Source: the human T2T-CHM13v2.0 reference genome, Homo sapiens
Direction: 5' to 3' (one strand)
DNA length: 64,000 nucleotides
Assembly (NCBI RefSeq): GCF_009914755.1
Contig: NC_060927.1
A model generated the notes under the pieces. The model had not been told where the DNA came from, did no database searches, and saw only the letters and a program-made list of their open reading frames with translations. Positions 14,119-27,360 of this stretch are shown piece by piece (the first letter of the stretch is position 1; every line of letters begins with the position of its first letter). A program made the translations under genes and the position numbers.

Positions 14119-14412
14119 TTATACTTTAAGTTCTGGAGTACATGTGCACAATGTACAGGTTTATTACATAGGTATACATGTGCCATGGTGCTTTGCTGCA
14201 CCCATCAACCCTTCATCTACATTAGGTATTTCTCCTAATGCTATCCCTCCCCTAGCCCCCCACCTCCCGATAGTCCCCAGTGTGTGATGTTCCTCTCCCT
14301 GTGTCCATGTGTTCTCATAGTTCAACTCCCACTTATGAGAACATGCGGTGTTTGGTTTTCTGTTCCTGTGTTAGTTTGCTGAGAATGATGATTTCCAGCT
14401 TCATCCATGTCC
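14119..14412 (-). mobile_element. L1PA (L1PA7/8-like) 3' fragment lacking its poly(A)
   Basis: ttatactttaagttctgg...tcctaatgctatccctcccctagcccc...ttccagcttcatccatgtcc. Confidence 0.9.
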
Positions 14413-15083
14413 TTCTACTTCCTTTCTAAGTACAGATTATGGCAAAGGAAGTCTTATTCCCAGGATTATTTCCAACTTTGCTTATTATTTTGTCTTTTAA
14501 AAATTTTTTAAAAACTGGAAGTCTCTTCCTTTCATTTCAGATTTCCTGGAATCTTTGCTGAAACTCTCCCTTTGGCTGTCTGCCCACAGTGTCTTCTCCC
14601 TGAAGCTGACTTGCAGAGAAACTGGGGAAGGAAAGGATTGTTGGGGCCATTGTTCCCATGATAACTCACCTTTGAACACTTCTTGAGAATTGTCAATAGT
14701 TCTGCATTCACTATTTTATTTTTCATTGAAATGAGGACTTTTAAGGTTTATCAAATGCCAATGCCTCTATGTTTATTTTAAAAGTTATACCTAGCTACTT
14801 AAAAAATTATATATGCTCAATGAGAAAAATCTGGAAAACACAATAAGTATAAAGAAAAAAGTGAAATAATTTGTCAGTATCATGAATCATATAACCTATT
14901 TTTCATTCTTTTTCCTACAATATACTAGGTTTTTTGTTTGTTTTTTTTTTTTGGAAAGTCAGGATTGTATTTTATACCCTACATTGTATACTATACCCTA
15001 CATTGATTGTATACTCTCCAGTCATTCTCACAGAGACTCACAGTGATGGGTGTCATCATCTCTGTTTCATAAAAGAGGAAACT

Positions 15084-15480
15084 ATTTTTAATGGGGTTAT
15101 TTGGTTTTTGTTTGTTAATTTAAGTTCCTTATAGATTCTGGATATTAGACCTCTGTTGAATGCATAGTTTGTGAATATTTTCTTCCATTCCATAGGCTGT
15201 CTGTTTGCTCCCTTGGAAGTTTCTCTTGCTGTGCAGCAGCTGTTTCATTTAATTAGGTCCTAGTTATCAACTTTTGCCCTTGTTGCAATTGCTTTTGAAG
15301 ACCTAGCCATAAATTCATTGCCAAGGCCAATATTGAGAAGGATATTTCCTATTTTTTTCTAGGATTTTTATAGTTTGAAGTTTTATATTTAAGTCTTTAA
15401 TCCATCTTGAGTTAATTTATACACCTTTGTAACAAACTTGCACATGTACCTCCTGATTCTAACATAAAAGTAGAAAAAAG
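15084..15480. mobile_element. L1PA/PB insertion with 5' inversion (twin-priming structure) inside a MIR
   Basis: Antisense ORF2 text 15084-15418 joined to a sense 3' end (tgtaacaaacttgcacatgtacc...taaaagtagaaaaaa); degenerate TSD aaaagaggaaact/aaaagatagaact. Confidence 0.7.
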
Positions 15481-15649
15481 ATAGAACTTTCATCTGAAAA
15501 TGTGAACAGTTTCCCTGAGGACCCAGGGGAGAGCTGTGCTTGCACTCTTGATGTTCTAACCATGACTCAAGCCTTGGGCCTTTATATCACAAATGACACA
15601 GTACTTCCAACCACAAAAACTCTTATTTATTGCTGATTCTCTACCCTTT

Positions 15650-16300
15650 TAATATGTAAGCCTGATCAGTTATTCTTTCTCCTAACTCTCCAATGGCTCT
15701 CCACTGTGACTTCTCCAGAGTGAAAGCCAAAATGCCTGTACTCTACCCTCATCCCACCACTTCTCTGACTCATCCTTTATGTCTCCCTCCACCCCAGTTC
15801 ATCCTATTACAGCCATACTGACCCCCTTGTTATTCCCTGAGCAAGGTCTGCTGCCAGCTTATGGTTTTATACTTGCTGCCCCCTTTACTCCACATACTTT
15901 TCCCAGAAAACCCCAGATATCCACATGGTTCTCTCCTTCACTTTCTTCAGGTCTCTACTTAGATGTCACGTTATTAATGAAGCCCACCCCGACCATCTAT
16001 ATAGCAAACCCCCCCTCTCCCCAGAGAGAGAGGAGAGGGAGAATGAGAGGGAGAAGAGAGGAAAAGAGAGAAGGAGAGGAAGACTTCCCATCCCTACTGC
16101 CTGCCTTGATTCCTCCTCGGTACTTATCACCACATAGTATGCTGCGTAGTTACTTGTTTATTCTTTCTAATTTCTCTTCCCGTCCCACCTTATTCCTAAA
16201 GTCCCTTATGTCAGAGATTTTGCTTTGTTTGTTGAAGTGAACTATAACAATGCCTGGAACACTGTAGGCTCTCAATACATTTTTTATTGGATGAATGAGT
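15650..16300 (+). mobile_element. L2 LINE 3' end with purine-rich insert (16021-16085)
   Basis: Ends aatgcctggaacactgtaggctctcaatacatttttta...gatgaatgagt, the typical L2 3' terminus. Confidence 0.75.
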
Positions 16301-16505
16301 ACAGGCTAGATGCCCTACACAGTGATTTATATGCATTTCTCTCTCTCTCTCTCTCTTTCACTGTCTCCAAGTCCCTGATGGAAAGAGCATAAGATGTGCT
16401 GTTTCCAAATTCAAACATACGTATTTGTAATAACAATTACACAGATTCTATTATCAGAAAATGATGTTTAATGTTTAAGAATTGAAAATTAAAAGTCACC
16501 TTTGA

Positions 16506-16711
16506 CAGCGTGGCCAACATGGTGAAACTCCATCTTTACTAAAAAGTACAAAAATTAGCCAGGTGTGGTGGTGCACGCCTGTAATTCCGGCTACTCAGGA
16601 GGATGAGGCACAAGAATTGCTTGAACCTGGGAGGTGGAGGATACAGTGAACCGAGATCATGCTACTGTACTCCAGCCTGGGTGACAGAGCAAGACTCTGT
16701 CTCAAAAAATA
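16506..16711 (+). mobile_element. 5'-truncated AluS
   Basis: tggccaacatggtgaaactcc through right monomer and tail; perfect 15-bp TSD aaaagtcacctttga (16491-16505, 16712-16726). Confidence 0.92.
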
Positions 16712-18449
16712 AAAAGTCACCTTTGATTCCAAGGATCCAAAAAAATCCATTTGACTCCTTGTCTCCTTGTTTTTCCATGAAACGTCTGCAAAAGTGGTTG
16801 TTCTAGCATTGTATATACACTGAATACATACTATTTTACCAAAGAAATAAAAAGGAAAATCAATAGCCTAGCTCAAGTACTCAACTAGCTTTTTTAAAAA
16901 TGTGATGATCTGATAAAGTCAAGCTCCAGAGAGCCAATCAGCAAAGAACTAATTGCTTGAGTGAATTCATTATTATTTTCAATTCAATCAGTTGTGTAAA
17001 GTTTATGTACGAGTGTTAAAAGTCAGCTAGTTTGAGGTTTAAAAACTTTCTTCATGACTGTAGGAAGATAGAGAGAATGCAGCTTCAGTTATAACCACTG
17101 AACATAAACATTACTTTGGATAACTCTAAGTTATCTAACAAGCATTTACTAGACACTGCATCTCCGTGCAGGGCTCAAGCTTGTTTCCTGAGGTCCCAGA
17201 ACTGACAATCTAGCTGGGAAGAGAAGGTGTGTGCCTAAGTAAACTGGCACATAAGATTAGGTTAACAAACAAAATGCATTATCCTTCTTCCATCTCAGCC
17301 TTAACTCTGAGCTGACTTGGGCCCCTGGCTGTAGGCTGAATGAAGTCTCTGACTTTAAGGGATTACGTACAAAGCAGCACTGCCCTGCCTCTCTCCTAAT
17401 CCGCTTTAGGACAATAGAGGTGACCAGAAGAGAGCAATTCATTTGTGCAGATGGCTTAATTTAAATAGCTCTTCATAACAATTGGGTTGGGCCAACAGCA
17501 GAACTTCTTAGGTTTTCTCTCATGCTGGGACTTAGGGCTACTCCTCACTGCTCACTGAGTTTCCAAGGCATGATATGTGCTCGCCATCTAGGCAAATTTA
17601 CACAAAATTGATTAATACTTCACTTCCATGTTATTGAATTTGATATATGAGTTTTAAATCATATAGCTCATGGCATTTAGTCAACAAAACACTGAAATGC
17701 CTCTTTTTAAAAATGATTTGGATGATGTCCTAAAAATTTCTAAGTTATTGAGACTGTGTGAACGAATTTATTAAATTTAGTGAACAAATTTCCTGTATTA
17801 GGGTAAGATGACTCTTTGTGTATGCAAAACTTTCTTACGAAAGGTTAAATAACTTTTCCATCATTCTTTCAATGTCTAAGATAAATGGTCTTAGGTTATC
17901 AGGTAGATGATATTTAATGCAGTAGTGTACCAAAATTAAAAGCAATCTATAAGAAAAAGAAGAAAGAGAAAGAGGAAAGGGATTTGAACACAATAAATGG
18001 CACATTCATGTTTATATGTGAATGTTTAGATTCCTAACTAGACTGTAAGTGATCACAGAAAGATTCATTTCTTCACCCGCTTCATACTGTTCATTCACAG
18101 TGTGATGGCATTACACAATCAACTACTGGAAAGGCACAGTCCAGAGCAGGAATACTGACCTTTGGAAAAATTGTGAAGAGACAATGGTGTCTCTTGTCTG
18201 CAGTTTTTTTCTCCTTCTAACCTTTCTAATAACCCTTCATCCTTGCAAACATTTTAATGTTTTCAAGGGTCCATGTTTCCTTCTCTCAGAGAGAAAAATC
18301 AAACATTCATAGAATACCTAACACATCCAAGTATTGTGCAAGGCACGGGTTTTCCATAAATAATAAAGAAGATTGATCTTGCTAGAAGAAGTACACTATA
18401 TAAAATGCATCATATATAGACCATATACGTGTGTGTTTAAAAGCTATTG

Positions 18450-18825
18450 AAAGAGAGAAGTAATAGATTTTTGGACAAAAATGTAATTAAAGTTGAAATT
18501 GTTAATAAAATAATATCTAGAAATGTCTCAGATATTTGGTAAATAAATAACTTCTAAATAATCCATGGGTCAAAGAAGAAATTATTAGAAGAATTAGAAA
18601 GTATTTAGAAATGGGTGCTAAGGAAAACACAATATTATTTGAAAATGTTTATAATGCGTAAAAAGAAAATTATGCTTTTAAATGGTTATATTAGGATAAA
18701 AATAAAAGTTTCAAATCAATAATTTCAACTTCTGTCTTAAGAAGATCAGAATGAACTGAAAGTAAGTAGAAGGTACTAAATAATAAAGATGAGAGCAGAA
18801 ATCGATAAAACAGAAAATGGTAAAT
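18450..18825 (+). mobile_element. L1M ORF2 fragment
   Basis: cttctaaataatccatgggtcaaagaagaaatt...tcaaatcaataatttcaacttc. Confidence 0.75.
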
Positions 18826-19232
18826 ATTCTGACACTAACTGATAAACTGCAATACAGTTCTGATGGCAACCACCTGGAGTTAAAGTCAGACTTCACAGGG
18901 TTGAGAGCATGGTCCACAACAAGACTCCTCTTACTTTAGATGCCAGCCACACTTCAAGGGTTCCGAGGCTGCTCACATGTCTTGCCACCTGGTTGCAAAT
19001 CCAGGAGTTTCCCATGTCCTCCCTCAGGTTTGATAATTCACTGAAATGTCTCACAACTCTGGAAAGAATTATGCTAATGATTACAGTTTTATCATTTTAT
19101 CATAAAGGTTATAAATTAGGACCAGCCAAATGAAGAAACACACAGAACAAGTCTGTAATGGTCCTGAATGCAGATCTTCCATGCCCTCTCCCTGTGGAAT
19201 CAGGGCACACTACCCTCCCTGGCACATCAAGT
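18826..19232 (-). mobile_element. MER21-type LTR fragment
   Basis: ttctgacactaac, tcaggtttgataattcactg, ggaccagccaaatgaaga, ccatgccctctccctgtggaatcagggcac match remembered MER21. Confidence 0.7.
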
Positions 19233-19479
19233 AAAGTGATAAATATTCTACATCTTGGTAAAAAGACAGTTATGTGGGTCAAAATGCATTGAATTGTGCA
19301 CTTAAGATTTGTGTATTTAACTCTGTAAAGTCTATCCCAACCACACCTACTCCTCCACACCCTCTCCCCACCAAAACACTGGAAACAGATACTGAACTCT
19401 ATTTAGGAGATCTTCTCTTCTTACAAGTATGCAGTACCGATTCTGAAACTACCTTATCTCTATTCTAGGCTTAAGCAAA

Positions 19480-21747
19480 TGTATTAGTTGGTTTTCACAC
19501 TGCTGATAAAGACATACCTGAGACTGGGAAGAAAAAGAGGTTTAATTGGATTTACAGTTCCACATGGCTGGAGAGCCCTCAGAATCATGGCAGGAGGCAA
19601 AAGCACTTCTTACATGGTGGTGGCAAGAGAAAATGAAGAAGATACAAAAGTGGAAACCACTGATAAAACCATTAGATCTCATAAGACTTATTTACTACTG
19701 CAAGAACAGTATGGAGGAAATCACCCTCATTATTCAAATTATCTCCCACCAGGTCCCTCCCGCAACACATGGGAATTATGGGAGTACAATTCAAGACGAG
19801 ATTAGAGTGGGGACACAGAGCCAAACCATATCATTCCACCCCAGCCCCTCCAAATCTCATGCCTCACATTTCAAAACCAATCATGCCTTCGCAACAGTCC
19901 CCCAAAGTCTTAACTTGTTTCAGCATTAACTCAAAAGTCCACAATCCAAAGTCTCATCTGAGACAAGGCAAGTCCCTTCTGCCTATAAGCCTGTAAAATC
20001 AAAAGCAAGTTAGTTACTTCCTAGATACAATGAGGGTACAGTTATTGGGGAAATACACTCATTCTAAATGGGAGAAATTGGCCAAAACAAACAGGGCCCA
20101 TGCAAGTCTGAAATCCAATGGGGCGGTCAAATTTTAAAGCTCCACAATTATCTCCTTTGACTCCAGGACTCACATCCAGGCCACACTGATGCAAGAGGTG
20201 TGTTCTCATGGTCTCAAGCAGCTCTCCCCCTGTGACTTGGCAGGGTACAGCCTCCCTCCCAGCTGCTTTCATGGGCTGGCATTGAGTGTCTGAGGCTTTT
20301 CCAGGTGAATGGTGCAAGCTGTCAGGGGATCTACCATCCTGGGGTCTGGAGGATGGTGGCTCTCTTCTCACAGTTCCACTAGGCAGTGCCCCAGTAGGGA
20401 CTCTGTGTGGGGGCTCCAACCCACATTTCTCTTCGGCACTGCCCTAGCAGAGGTTCTTCATGAGTGTCCCACCCCTGCAGCAAACTTCTGCCTGGGCATC
20501 CAGGCATTTCCATACATCTTCTGAAATCTAGGTGGAGTTTCCCAAACCTCGATTCTTGACTTCTGTGCACTCACAGACTCAACACCACATGGAAGTTGCC
20601 AAGGCTTGGGGCTTGTGCCCTCTGAAGCCACAGCCCGAGTTCTACGTTGGCCCCTTTCAGCCATGACTGGAGCAGTTGGGATGCAAGGCATCAAGTCTTT
20701 GAGTGCATACAGCACAGAAACCCTGGGCCTGGCCCACAAAACCATTTTCTCCTAGGCCTCTGGGCCTGTGATGGGAGGGGCTGCTGTGAAGACCTCTGAC
20801 ATGTACTGGAGACATTTTCCCCATTGTCTTGGAGATTAACATTCAGCTCCTGGTTACTTATGCAAATTTCCGCAGCTGGCTTTAATTTCTCCCCAGAAAA
20901 TGGGTTTTTCTTTTCTATCACATTGTCAAGCTGCAAATCTTCCAAACGTTTATGCTCTGCTTCCCTTATAAAACTGAATGCCTTTAATGGCACCCAAGTC
21001 ACATCTTGAATGCTTTGTTGCTTAGAAATTTCTTCTGCCAGATACCCTAAATCACTTCTCTCAAGTTCAAGGTTCCACAAATCTCTAGGGCAGGAGGAAA
21101 ATGGTGCCAATCTCTTTGCTAAAACATAACAAGAGTCACCATTGCTCCAGTTCCCAACAAGTTTCTCATCTCCATCTAAGACCACCTCAGCCTGGACCTT
21201 ATTGTCCATATTGCTATCAGGTTTTTGGTGAAAGCCATTCAACAAGTCTCTAGGAAGTTCCAAATTTTCCCACATTTTCCTGTCTTCTTCTGAGCCCTCC
21301 AAACTGTTCCAACCTCTGCCTGTTACCCAGTTCCAAAGTCCCTTCCACATTTTCAGGTATCTTTTCAGCAGCACCCTGCTCTACTGGTACCAATTTATTG
21401 TATTAGTCTGTTTTCACACTGCTGATAAAGACAACTCGAGACTGGGAAGAAAAAGAGGTTTAATTGGACTTACTACATGGCTAGGGAGGCCTCAGAATCA
21501 TGGCAGGAGGTGAAAGGCACTTCTCACATGGTGGTGGCAAAAGACAATGAAGAAGATGCAAAAGTGGAAACCCCTGATAAACCCATCAGATCTCATGAGA
21601 CTTATTCACTACCACAAGAACAGTATGGGGGAAACTGCCCCCATGATTCAAATTATCTCCCACAGGGTCCCACCCACAACACATGGGAATTGTGGGAGTA
21701 CAACTCAAGATGAGATTTGGGTGGGGACACAGAGCGAAACCATGTCA
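19480..21747 (-). mobile_element. Full-length THE1 (THE1A/B-like) MaLR: LTR 19480-19833, internal 19834-21398, LTR 21399-21747
   Basis: Two ~350-bp direct repeats tgtattagt...cca(t)(a/g)tca flanking a 1.57-kb THE1-int; 5-bp TSD gcaaa/gcaag. Confidence 0.93.
20691..21374 (-). pseudogene. THE1-int MaLR ORF remnant (227 codons, GTG start)
   Basis: GRGWNSLEGSEEDRKMWENLELPRDLLNGF...GDSCYVLAKRL...LGYLAEEISKQQSIQ is the known MaLR internal ORF. Confidence 0.75.
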
Positions 21748-21752
21748 GCAAG

Positions 21753-22980
21753 TTAGTAAATATATTGAGGATAATGGGATATAGAGAGAAGGAAGACTAG
21801 AATGCATCCTGTCATGTTAGATTGGAATTAAGGTATTAATGTGAAGTTTTTAAAAATTATAGATTTTATACACAAAAAAATACATACATGTATACACATA
21901 TATTTCCTAGCCCTCACCTCTGAGAGGGTCTGGAAGCTTTAATGCTCCAGAAGGAATAAACACACTTAGCACATAGTTACTGGTTTTTAAACGCCATTCT
22001 CTGCTATAAAGAACTGAATACTCTTGGAGAAATAGTTAATTCCAACAGTAGGGCATGAAAAATACCAGATGAACCTGAAACATTTTATTGAATTATGCTA
22101 AAAAATTCAGTGGGATCTGTCAAGGGATGTAAGAGTCATTTTGAAGGCATTCCCACTGGCCAAATCTGGAAAAATTTGAGTATTAAAATAAATATTGGTA
22201 GGAATGGATTATAACTTACTGAATAGAATAAGAATCTATGAATTATCCTTATATAAATAAGTGCACACATACAAAAATCAATATAAGAGGAGAAGAGAAA
22301 ACTCTCACAGCAGAATTCAAACTAATGATTAAGTAATAAATGCTGAGTTAGGAAATCCTAAATGGAGGATAAAAGTAGTGGGTAAAAGTTTGGTAAGCGT
22401 AGGACACTTACATAAATTTTCAAGTATCTTCCAACAATCTACATATCATTTACAAAGGGAAAATGGTAATTTTAAGTGGGAGACTCAACCTGAATTCTAT
22501 GATCATGGCTAACATCACCAATATTGGGTCAACTGACATCATATGTCTCCTAATATGTTGCACTGAGACAGACACAGCATCACTTCTGTGATATTCTTGC
22601 CAAAAATGCATAACCTAAATTTAACCATGAGGAAACACCACATTCAAAGATACTCTACAAAAATGACTGTACTCTTCAAAAGAGTCCTCCTGATTCTTCA
22701 TGTCAAGGTCAAGAAAACAAAGGAAGTCCCAGGAACTGTTCCATATTAAAGGAATCTAAAGAGACGTGACAATTAAACCAGAAAAAAAGTCTCTGATAGG
22801 ATGTTTTCAGATAAAATAACATTTTGAGACAACTGATTAAATTTGAATATAGACTATGGATTATATAGTAATGTTGTATTCGTGTTAGATTTCCTGATTT
22901 TAATAACAGTATTATGGGTATGTAAAATAATTTTCTTGTCCCTAGTAAATACACACTAAAGTATTTAAGTTTAAAGAGGA
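21753..22980 (+). mobile_element. L1MC/ME-type 3' region (THE1 insertion target)
   Basis: cttctgtgatattcttgccaaaaatgcataacctaaatttaaccatgaggaaac, atttgaatatagactatggatta. Confidence 0.7.
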
Positions 22981-24207
22981 GAAACCTTTATGACTAAAAG
23001 GGAGGAACACCATATCAATAGCGAAGACCCATTATTGTTACTGTTATTGACAAAATACCCAAGGTGATCTCAGGACAAAGTAAAACCATGCTTTGCCTTT
23101 AGAGGACCCTAACTTTTCAAAGGCTTTAGGTTGAGATGTGTGTAGCACAAAATTTACCATGAACTGGTACAAATTCTTGAGGATAGTAACAGTAATGTTA
23201 TAGATAAGCCTGAATTTATGTTCTATCTTTTCTAAACATTGGTTCTGACCTAATTTAAAATTGTCTAAACTATGAGAAGTAATCTTGAAATCAGCCAACA
23301 ATGAGTGGCAAGTGGGGCTACAGAGGAAGATAAAGCTTTGTAATACTGAGTCATCCCCATATCTGGCCCCATTTGCAATCAGGAGACAGAGAAAAGAGGT
23401 GAATTACAATCTGTTCCCTTAATAGTCTCTGTGCAATTCTCCACAGGACCACCCACCTCTGCCACTCCATTGTCCTGCTCAACACACATGTTCCTCCCTC
23501 CCCAACATCCTTTCCATTCGGAAATGGACTGCAGTCATTTTTCATATGTTTTTGTTTTTAATCTGAGCATCTATTGAATATTATTATATGCTTTTTAAAA
23601 TCCATACACCCTGGCAAGAGTTAACAGGATTCCAGATAGTATCAAATATATTTAAACATGATGCTTGAGTGGTCTTTGCAGCTGGTAGGTTATACATAAA
23701 ATATGTTCAGCCAGAGATAGCGTTCTTATCTAAAGACAGAAGCTAGCAAAATTTCATCCTGTGCGCTCTGTCAGATTGTTCCCTTGGACAGATGGCAGAA
23801 GACTCCCTATGACAAGTGTGAGATGCTATCTGGGTGTCATGGCAGTGGTTTTCTCATTGCCCTGGACAGAGCTCCCTGGCCGCTCTCTTCATTTGAAGCG
23901 TGCAAATGAGTAGAAGCGGCTGGCAGAATGTGTGTGATCAATAAACTCATGTAATTAGAATCTTTCTGAAAGAAGTCCCCCTGTGAGAGAACCTCTTTAG
24001 GGCTTGGTTCCTCTGGCTAGTTGGGGTTTTACATTGTCTTGCCCTCTTGTATATTTTTCCAAGTGAAAGGAATAAGCAGACAACACAAATGACCAATTTT
24101 TAATGTGTTGCACGCTTATCCAGAATTAGGCCTTTAATCCTCTGACTCATGGAATCAGTTGGGAGCTCACTAGGAAATTTAAACCCAGCACCCTCCTCAG
24201 TATCCTG

Positions 24208-24528
<321 letters not shown>

Positions 24529-24869
24529 TCCTGTCTGTTTTTATCTGATCTCATCTCCCTGCTGCTAAAAAGCACTGCCACTCAATGCCCATAAGTCCAT
24601 GTAACCACAAGCAAAAGTCCCTCTGTTGAGTCCCTACACTGTGCCATTTTTATACTCATGTGCACAGGTTCCCTCTTTAGACCACAGGTCGAGCTCACAC
24701 ATCTCCTTGGAAGCCATCACTGGGTAAGCCTCCCTACTCACTCTAGCCATTTGTCCCTGGCTGAATAGTAAATATTCCCTCCATGCACTTTGGCAGGTAT
24801 TATATTTATATACCTCTATAATTGCACATATATACAGAGAAAGAGATCACTTATCTATTTACTGGTAAA

Positions 24870-25420
24870 AACATGTAACATAAAATTTACTGTCTTAACC
24901 ATTTTTAACTGTATAGTTCAGTAATGGTTAAGTATATTCATGTTGTTGTGTAACCAATATCCAGAACTCTTTTCATCTTCCAAAACTAAAACTTTGTATC
25001 CATTAAACAACAGCTCCTCATCCCCTATTTCTCTATCTCCCTGGCCATCGGTATTCTATTTTCTGTTTCTATGAATTTGAACACTCTAGATATTTCACAT
25101 AATTGGAATCATACAATATTTGCTTTTTTTGAGACTGGCTTATTTCACTTGCCATAATGTCCTCAAGGTTCATCCATGTTGTAGCATGTGTCAGAATTTC
25201 CTTCTTTTTTAAGGCCAAATAAAATTCCATTTTATGTATATACCACATTTTATTTAACCACTGATAGATAAATGGATAATTAACTCTTTATTAGATACAC
25301 ATCAACTCCTTATCAGATGTATGATTTTCAGGTATTCTCTCCCATTTCATGGGTTGCATTTTCACTCTGTTTGTGCTCATACATTTTAAAAGTTCTTTTA
25401 ATGTGCAAGTTTTTTGAGAG
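24870..25420 (-). mobile_element. L1MB-type 3' fragment
   Basis: taaaatttactgtcttaaccatttttaactgtatagttcagt...tcctcaaggttcatccatgttgtagcatgtgtcagaatttccttc. Confidence 0.85.
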
Positions 25421-25549
25421 GGGGATCCAGAAGCCGTTCATTCTTTAGTTGATATTCATGCCAAATATTTAGAAACTCAGTAACATGTCTCAAAATTCAC
25501 ATCATTTGATAATGTTGTAACCACTTCAGAAAAGTATACAAAATCATGA

Positions 25550-25675
25550 TTACCCAATCACCCTGATGTGATTATTATGCATTGCATTCCTATATAAAAA
25601 TGTAGCATGTACCCCATAAATATAAATACCTATTATATACCCACAAAAGTTAGAAATTAAAATTTTTTTAAGTGT
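25550..25675 (+). mobile_element. Short L1MA 3' terminal insertion
   Basis: ccctgatgtgattattatgcattgca...atgtaccccataaatata; flanked by aaaatcatga on both sides. Confidence 0.75.
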
Positions 25676-26499
25676 AAAAAATCATGAAGAGTTTATAAAC
25701 CTATTCTTCTTGTATCTTCCCCTTCTAGCCAGTGTGACCACCTTCCTGTTATGTTCAAACCTTAGCACTTATTGTCATCACTTAGGCACATGTTTCTCCA
25801 AATATATCTGCGGCCTTGAAGGCATTAAATAGCTCCCTTGATATTGCCCTGACTTCTTGCTAAGCCTGAGAAAAGGAAGGTGGCTTTAAAAAATTATATT
25901 TACTCCAAGAAAAAGAAAGCAATCGGATTACTCAAGAAACTATTCCAGTCAACAAAGTATTTGGCTAATTGCAATGTTGATAGACTACATCAAAACGAAA
26001 TAATATAGAACTCACCCTCTAGAGTGATGAAGTAGGACTCCATCCCTTCATAAAAGCAAGGAGAATACTGACAAAACTGTCAAAATTAGCTTTTTCAGAA
26101 AGGCTCGTAACAATCAAAGGAGAGTTAATTCAAGAACAACAACTTCATTTCTCTAAGAACAGCAACCTTATGTCCTTTTGACTTGTCCTACTCCCGTGCC
26201 CTTCTCCCCAGCTCTGCGGTAGCTTTGAAAGCTAGCAACCTCACAAACACAGTAGTTGTGAAAACCAGAAGCCCATTAGCCACTGGAGAATGGGAAACAA
26301 GGCACAAATTGGTTTCAAGCTCCCCAGAATTCCCATCCCCAGATACTTGTCACTATTTAAGCTGTCTGGGAACTTGTTTGAAACTTCCATTCTCAGGGCT
26401 TGTCTTTTACATGAGTCAGGGTTCATTTTGTGTGACCAGCCCTACCCTCAGACACTTGTCAAAAGCAAACAGCTGCAAGTGTTTGATATCACAACTGCC

Positions 26500-27360
26500 C
26501 ACATTGCAAATGACCCAATTTCTTAAAATTTAAATTTTAAAAAATGGGCAAAGTACTTGAATAGAATTTCTTCAAAGAGGTCATTTGTCAATAAACCATG
26601 GGGAGAAGAATGCTTAACATCATTAGCCATTAGAGAAATGGAGATCAAAATCACAATAAGGTACCACGTCATACCCACTAGGATGGCTATAAAAAAAATA
26701 GGGCTACTAACAAGTGTTGGCAAAGATATGAAGAAATTTGATCCCTTGTACATTGCTGATGTGAATGCCAAATGGTGTATCCGCTTTGGAAAACAGTTTG
26801 GAGGTTCCTTAAAAAGTTAAACAAAGTTATCATATGACCCAGCAATTCCACTCCTTGGTATATCTCCAAGAGAATAATAACGTATGTCCACACAAAAACT
26901 TAATGGTCATAGCAGCGTTGCTCATAATATAAAAAAATAGAAACAAAATTCCCATCAACTGATGATGAACTGATAAACAAAATATGGTATATCCATATAA
27001 TGGAATAAGGTTTTGATACATGCTACAAGATGGATGAACCTTGAAAACGATAAGAAGTGTGAAAGAAGCCAGACACAAAAGGCCACAATTATATGCTTCC
27101 ATTTATTTGAAATGTCCAGAATAGGCAAACCCATAGAGACAGAAAGTAGATTGGCTGTGGTCAAGGAATGAGGGAGGAGAAAATGGGGAGTGAACACTAA
27201 TAGGTACAGGAATTTTTTTAAAGGGTGATAAAAATGTGCTACAATCAGTTGTGATCAATGCATAACTTTGTGAATATTCTACAAAACACTGAATTGTACA
27301 CATTTTAAATATTAATTTTATAGTATGGGAATTACATCTCAATAGTTATCTTTTTAAAAA
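26500..27360 (+). mobile_element. L1MB-type 3' end
   Basis: aaaatgggcaaagtacttgaataga, catatgacccagcaattccactcc, gaaagaagccagacacaaaaggccaca. Confidence 0.85.

Noticed and set aside
15779-16240. 153-aa ORF with R/E-rich stretch
   Set aside because: Lies in an L2 fragment plus a purine-rich low-complexity insert.
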